NCBI GenBank assembly: GCA_044222185.1
Contig: JBGANV010000001.1
Location: 672,001 to 736,000 of the forward strand
DNA: 64,000 nucleotides
Source of the DNA: Planctomycetota bacterium
GTDB lineage: Bacteria > Planctomycetota > GCA-002687715 > CAIWVZ01
Direction of reading: 5' to 3'
The notes under the pieces are model-generated. The model worked only from the letters and a program-made list of their open reading frames with translations, had not been told where the DNA came from and ran no database searches. A program made the translations under genes and the position numbers. Positions within the stretch are counted from its first letter, which is position 1. The number at the start of each line of letters is the position of its first letter. Positions 59,126 to 64,000 of the stretch are shown here, piece by piece.

Positions 59126-61326
59126 ATGCTGTCGATTACGGGTCGCATGGCGTACGTAGTGGCTCTCATGAGCGCGGGCGTCTCGCTCGCTCGCTCGATG
59201 CCAGTCTCCACCGTTTCGTTTCACGAGCGAGCTGATCCCGTCGAACGCCGGCCCGATCCTCGCGGTCGCAGATGTCGATCAGGACGGCGACGTGGACCTC
59301 ATCGTCAGCGGGGCGAATGCCGTCTACCTGAACGATGGCGGCGGGAGATTCCAACCCCACGCCACACCGTCGGCCGTGACGCTGCCTCCGCACGGACTGC
59401 CGTATCGCCGCCGTCTGGTGGCCGGTGACCTGAACGGCGATGCGTTGCCGGACCTCCTCGGCGAGGGACCGAACGGATCGCTGACGCGATGGATCAACCA
59501 GGGCGGCGGTGTCTTCCAGGTCGCACCCGGACAGGTCCCTGCTCTGGTCGTCGGATCTCTGGCGAAGGGAGACCTGGATGGTGACGGCGATTTGGATGCC
59601 ATTTGTTCCGTGGTGGGGACGCTCGTCGTTGGCAGCTCGACGTTGTTCCATCCGATCGTTGCCCTCATGAACGACGGGCTCGGGACGCTGACCGTCGGGT
59701 CGGTGGTTGCTCCCTACGGCAGCCCAATCCCGGAGGTCGGGCTCGCGGACCTGGTTCAGGACGGAGATCTCGACTTCGTCGGCTGCAGCACGGCCACGGC
59801 TCCGGTGCAGGTGTGGGCGTTGAACGTCGGGAACGGGTCTTTCGGCAACCTCGTCGTGCTTGGCCTCGGGAACTGGCCGAACGCGGGGATCGCCACCGGG
59901 GACGTCACTGGCGACGGTCGACCAGATCTCGTTTTCGACTCGGTCTCGACGCCGCTCGGTGCGCTCGGCACGCAGGTTCTTGCCACGGGCCCTGGAGCCA
60001 CGGTCACCCCCCTCCTGCTGTCGGGCGCCACGCCAGGGCCTGCATATTCCCTCCTCCTCGACCTCGACGCAGACGGCCGTGCCGAGCTGCTGCGCTTTCT
60101 CCGAAACGGGTGCGAGATCTTCTCGTTCATCAACGGCGTGCTGCAGCCGTGGGCGTCGCGGGTTCCGATGTACGTCGACCAGGGTGGGGGCTCGCTGCAA
60201 CCTTCCTCGGCGGTTCCTCCGCCCATCGCCGCGAACGTCGACGGCGACCAAGACACTGACCTCATCGTGCCGACGTCGCAGGGCTCCCAGATACTCGCCG
60301 TCGGCGCGTCGGGCGCGCTCCTGGCGCTCTCGAACCCGATCCTTGCGCCAAGCTGGTTCAGGTTCGTCGAAACCGTGGATCTCGACGGCGACGGCGCCCT
60401 GGACCTCGTGGCGGCCGACACCCAGGGGTTGCTGACGTGGTCGCCTCCCGGCGCACTCGTGAACGACGGGAGCGGACACTTCACGTGGGTCGAGTCGGTG
60501 TCGTGCCCGCAGTGCGTCATGCCGGCGTACGTGTGGAAGTACTTCGACGCCGATGGTGACGGCGATGCGGATCTGTACCTGGTGAATGGGGCGGGTGCGC
60601 ATCAGATCGCGATCAACTCCAACGGGACGTTCACTCCGGTCGGCGCACCCGTCGCCGGAGCGCCCGTAGGCTCTCAGGTCGTTCCGCTGGACGTGGACGC
60701 GGACGGAGATCTCGATCTCGTTGTCGGAGTGGACTACGCCGCCGGCATCCCGCCCTCTGCGTCACTTCTCCGCAATCTCGGCGGCGGGGCTTTTTGCGCC
60801 GGCCGTGACCCTTCCCACGTTCGTGGCGTCGCCCGTTCTCGGCGACTTCGATGGCAATGGGGCGATCGACATCCTCTCGTCGATCGATGGGTTGACGAGT
60901 CTGATGCTCAATGCAGGCACGGGAACCTTCGTCCTCGGGCCGCCGCCACCGGCGCAGCCGTGTGCGGCCATGGATGTCGACGGTGACGGCGATCTGGACC
61001 TCATTGCCGGGCAGCAGCTGTACCTGAACACATCGGGCGCCGTCTTCGTTCCGGCACCCGCCGGCGCACTTCCTTCGTCGGGAACGACGCCATGCTTCAG
61101 CGCGCAGTCGACGCTCGTCGCCGATCTGGACGGTGACGGCTTCGTCGATGTCGTCGACGGTTGTGGACTCTTCCATCGCAACCTCGGCAACGGAACGTTC
61201 GCGGTTCCATCCGCCATGCCTCAGCCGCTCCATGTGCCGGTCGTTCACGGCGACTTCGATCGCGACGGGGGCGCCGCCGGTCCGCGTCTCACAGGCCTCA
61301 CACGAACGACCGTGCTCGGGTACTGA
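59126..61326 (+). pseudogene. FG-GAP propeller copy 2, with two frameshifts and a C-terminal deletion
   Basis: Collinear with copies 1 and 3; frame change at (CTCG)4 59182-59197 and at T5 60791-60795; about 105-110 codons missing between DRDG and PRLTG. Confidence 0.88.
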
Positions 61327-61704
61327 CCGCAGAGGGGGCCTTGGTACGTCACGCCACTGCGGCGATGACTTCACTGCGCGTCGTCGCACGCGTACTGGCG
61401 GTCCGAGCGTAAGGTGCGCCCTGCGACGACCCGCGCCCGCCGACGAACGCCGAGTGAGTCCTGGGCGAACGTCACGTCGACGCGAGCCGTTTTCTGGCGG
61501 TTACCGCGGCGTGTCGACTTGCACGAGATCGTCGTGCCCGGGTGCGAAGCGTCGATCGCGCTGGCCGCCACATTTGCGCCAGAAAACCCCCTGTTGCGGG
61601 AATCCCCGCGATTCTGCGCCCGCACACGACCGCGAGGTCGTTCGGATCGAACTCGCGTTTCCGTGGCATGTCGGTTGCGGCCCGTCGGATTGGAGATTCC
61701 ATTC

Positions 61705-64000
61705 ATGCCGAACACCACGACCCACGCGATCCGAACGGCTCTGCTGTCAGCGATCCTGCTCATTGCGGCATCGGCGCAGTCCGCGCCCTTTCAGTTCGTC
61801 CGCGAGATGATCTCGTCCGACGTGGGCCCGGTGCTCGCTGCCGCGGACGTCGATCTCGACGGCGACAACGACCTCATAACGGTCGGGCCGAATCCAGTTC
61901 AGTTGAACGATGGAACCGGACGGTTCACCCCCCATCCGACACCCTCGACGATGTCGCTCGCGCTGACGACGAGACCTGCCCGGCCGCGACACGTCGTTGC
62001 CGATCTGAACGGCGATTCATTCCCTGACGTGCTCGGTGCGGACTCGACCGGGCTATTGACGCGGTGGATGAACCAGGGTGGCGGGACTTTCCTGCCCGTT
62101 GCTGGTTCGCTGCCTCCCATTGCCGTCGTCTCGCTCTCGATCGCCGACGTCGACGGGGATGGGGATCCGGACCTGTTGTGCGCGACGAGCAGCACCGTGA
62201 TCGGTGCGACCGGGACCAACCAGGCGCCGGTCGTCGTTCTGCTGAACAACGGTTCGGGTGGATTCACCGTCGGCCCCGTCGTCTACCCGGGCGTCGGGGC
62301 CTCGACGGAAGCGATCCTCGTCGACCTCGATCAAGACGGCGACAAGGACGTCGTGGGTTTCGTCAACGCGAGCTTGGACATCTGGGTGTGCTCGAACCTC
62401 GGTAACAACACGTTTGGCCCGATCATCCACCTCGGCACGGGTTCTACCGACCAGGCCATCGCGATGGGGGACATCGATGCTGATGGGCGTCCCGACTTCG
62501 TTCTCGACTCGGTAAACAGCCCGCTGCTCTCGTCGGTCGCGACGGTTTTCCGGAACGCCGGCGGGTTCGCCTTCACGCCCAGCACCGTCGTCGGCGCCGG
62601 GAATGGATCCGCCGATTCCGTCCTGTCGGACTTGAATGGGGACGGGCGCGCCGAACTCCTGCGATTCCGGACCGACGGTTGCGACGTCCACTTCCTCTCG
62701 GGCGGCGCGTTTCAACCTCCGGTGACGACCGTACCGGTGTACGCCAGGATCCAGCACGGTCCGATCTCGAGTCTGTCGAACTGGATTCAACCACGCCCGG
62801 TGATCGTCGACGTCGACGGTGATTCGGACCGCGACTTCGTGGTCTTCACGCTGCAAGGCAACGTCATCGTTGGCCTCGGCCCCCAGGGAACGCTCGTGCC
62901 GCTCCAGGACTCGATCGCGAGCCCGGAGGAAGTCACGGCTGGAGACGTGATCGATTTTGACGGCGATGGCGACCTGGACCTCGTCCCAACGGACACAGTT
63001 GGAATACAGCTCATCGTGCCTCCCGGCGTGGTTCGCAACGACGGCCGCGGGCAGCTTCGATGGGCGGGTCACGTCCTTTGCTCGCAGTGCCTGTTCCCGG
63101 CGTGGGTGTTTCAGTTCTTCGACGTCGATGGAGACGGCGACGCCGATCTTTATTGGAGCGGCTTTGGCGCGTACCAGTTCTTCCTGAATTCCTCCGGCGT
63201 GTTCACGCCGGCGTGGCCCGCCGTCGGAGGGGGTTCGGCCGGGACTCGCGGAGTCCCGTTGGACGTGGACTCCGACGGCGACCTCGATTACGTCGTGGGG
63301 GTCGATTACGCGCCAACGCCGAACCCGGCGCCAGCCTCGCTCATGCGCAACCTCGGTGGCGGGAACTTCGCCCCTCCGGTTCCGCTCCCGACGCCGATGA
63401 GCGCGCCGATCGTCGGGGACTTCGATGGCAACGGCATGAAGGACATCTACTGGTCGCTCAACGGGAGTCTGGGCAGCCTTTTCAACTACGGCGCAGGAAC
63501 GCTCTCGGCCGGCCCCGTGCCCCCAGCGCCGCCCATGGCCGCCCTCGATGTCGACCGAGATGGCGATCTCGACCTTCTTGCCGGGGGGCAGATCTATCTG
63601 AACCCGGGCACGGGCGTCTTCGGATCGGCGGGCGCGATTCCGTTGAGCGCGACGACGAGCTGTTTCGTCGCCGGCTCCATGCATGCCGCCGACTTCGATG
63701 GCGATGGGTGGCCGGACGTCATCGACGCCTGCGGTCAGTTCCACAGGAACTTGGCAAACGGAACGTTCGCGGCCCCCGTGTCGATCGGTTTTCCGCTGCA
63801 GTCGGAGGCCGCCCAAGGGGATTTCGACGGCGACGGGGACGTGGACCTCATTTCCACGCGACTGAGGTTGCTGACGAACACGACGCGCCAGCTCGTGCCC
63901 GGCGGGCCCGTGCGGCCCGGGAGGATCGGGTCACTCGATCTGTATGGTTTCGCCAACCAGCCGTGGCACCTGTTCGCGTCGAACGGAACGAGTTTCTCGG
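61705..64000 (+). CDS. FG-GAP propeller copy 3 (runs off right edge)
   Basis: GGAG RBS; MPNTTTHAIRTALLSAILLIAASA|QSAPFQFVREMISSDVGPVLAAADVDLDGDNDL...; same frame at the window end (PWHLFASNG aligns with copy 1 GWQLYASAG). Confidence 0.9.
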   Translation, partial: MPNTTTHAIRTALLSAILLIAASAQSAPFQFVREMISSDVGPVLAAADVDLDGDNDLITVGPNPVQLNDGTGRFTPHPTPSTMSLALTTRPARPRHVVADLNGDSFPDVLGADSTGLLTRWMNQGGGTFLPVAGSLPPIAVVSLSIADVDGDGDPDLLCATSSTVIGATGTNQAPVVVLLNNGSGGFTVGPVVYPGVGASTEAILVDLDQDGDKDVVGFVNASLDIWVCSNLGNNTFGPIIHLGTGSTDQAIAMGDIDADGRPDFVLDSVNSPLLSSVATVFRNAGGFAFTPSTVVGAGNGSADSVLSDLNGDGRAELLRFRTDGCDVHFLSGGAFQPPVTTVPVYARIQHGPISSLSNWIQPRPVIVDVDGDSDRDFVVFTLQGNVIVGLGPQGTLVPLQDSIASPEEVTAGDVIDFDGDGDLDLVPTDTVGIQLIVPPGVVRNDGRGQLRWAGHVLCSQCLFPAWVFQFFDVDGDGDADLYWSGFGAYQFFLNSSGVFTPAWPAVGGGSAGTRGVPLDVDSDGDLDYVVGVDYAPTPNPAPASLMRNLGGGNFAPPVPLPTPMSAPIVGDFDGNGMKDIYWSLNGSLGSLFNYGAGTLSAGPVPPAPPMAALDVDRDGDLDLLAGGQIYLNPGTGVFGSAGAIPLSATTSCFVAGSMHAADFDGDGWPDVIDACGQFHRNLANGTFAAPVSIGFPLQSEAAQGDFDGDGDVDLISTRLRLLTNTTRQLVPGGPVRPGRIGSLDLYGFANQPWHLFASNGTSFS

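Noticed and set aside
58673-59428. 251-aa ORF as an IstB fusion protein
   Set aside because: It is a chance in-frame joining of the istB remnant, intergenic DNA and the signal peptide of the broken FG-GAP copy.

Overview
High-GC bacterial chromosomal window, most likely from a Planctomycetota (PVC) lineage. This is inferred from the PVC-type insertion in L28, an ECF sigma factor with a Ser/Thr kinase, a membrane-fused ECF, and many secreted proteins whose mature chain starts with Gln. About 40 genes can be supported; most long ORFs in the track are antisense or off-frame shadows. Housekeeping and metabolic genes are leuS, rpmB, queG, a YhhQ-type queuosine-precursor transporter, pnuC-nadR, an aldehyde dehydrogenase, an aminotransferase, an orphan eboE, an hcrCAB-like molybdoenzyme operon and an ABC transporter. 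Signalling genes are a kinase-FGE fusion, two ECFs, an MCP and a very divergent receiver + multi-GAF histidine kinase pair. There is a large secretome: gingipain-like C25, an SBBP/IPT giant, an M4/M36-like protease, a beta-helix protein, an L-type lectin, a CotH kinase and three tandem FG-GAP propellers. Decay is visible in an AAA-DUF4143 gene with an internal stop, an IS21 istB remnant and a triply broken FG-GAP copy. The best candidate for an undescribed system is a ~110-150 aa C-terminal domain with a common terminal motif, shared by about seven unrelated secreted proteins and positioned like a T9SS CTD. Other leads are a paralogue pair with a 198-bp near-identical 3' end around a divergent core, a 33-bp AT-rich palindrome, and a GGAG-hairpin REP-like repeat. 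No rRNA, tRNA or CRISPR array was seen. All calls are by-eye motif recognition without database searches.
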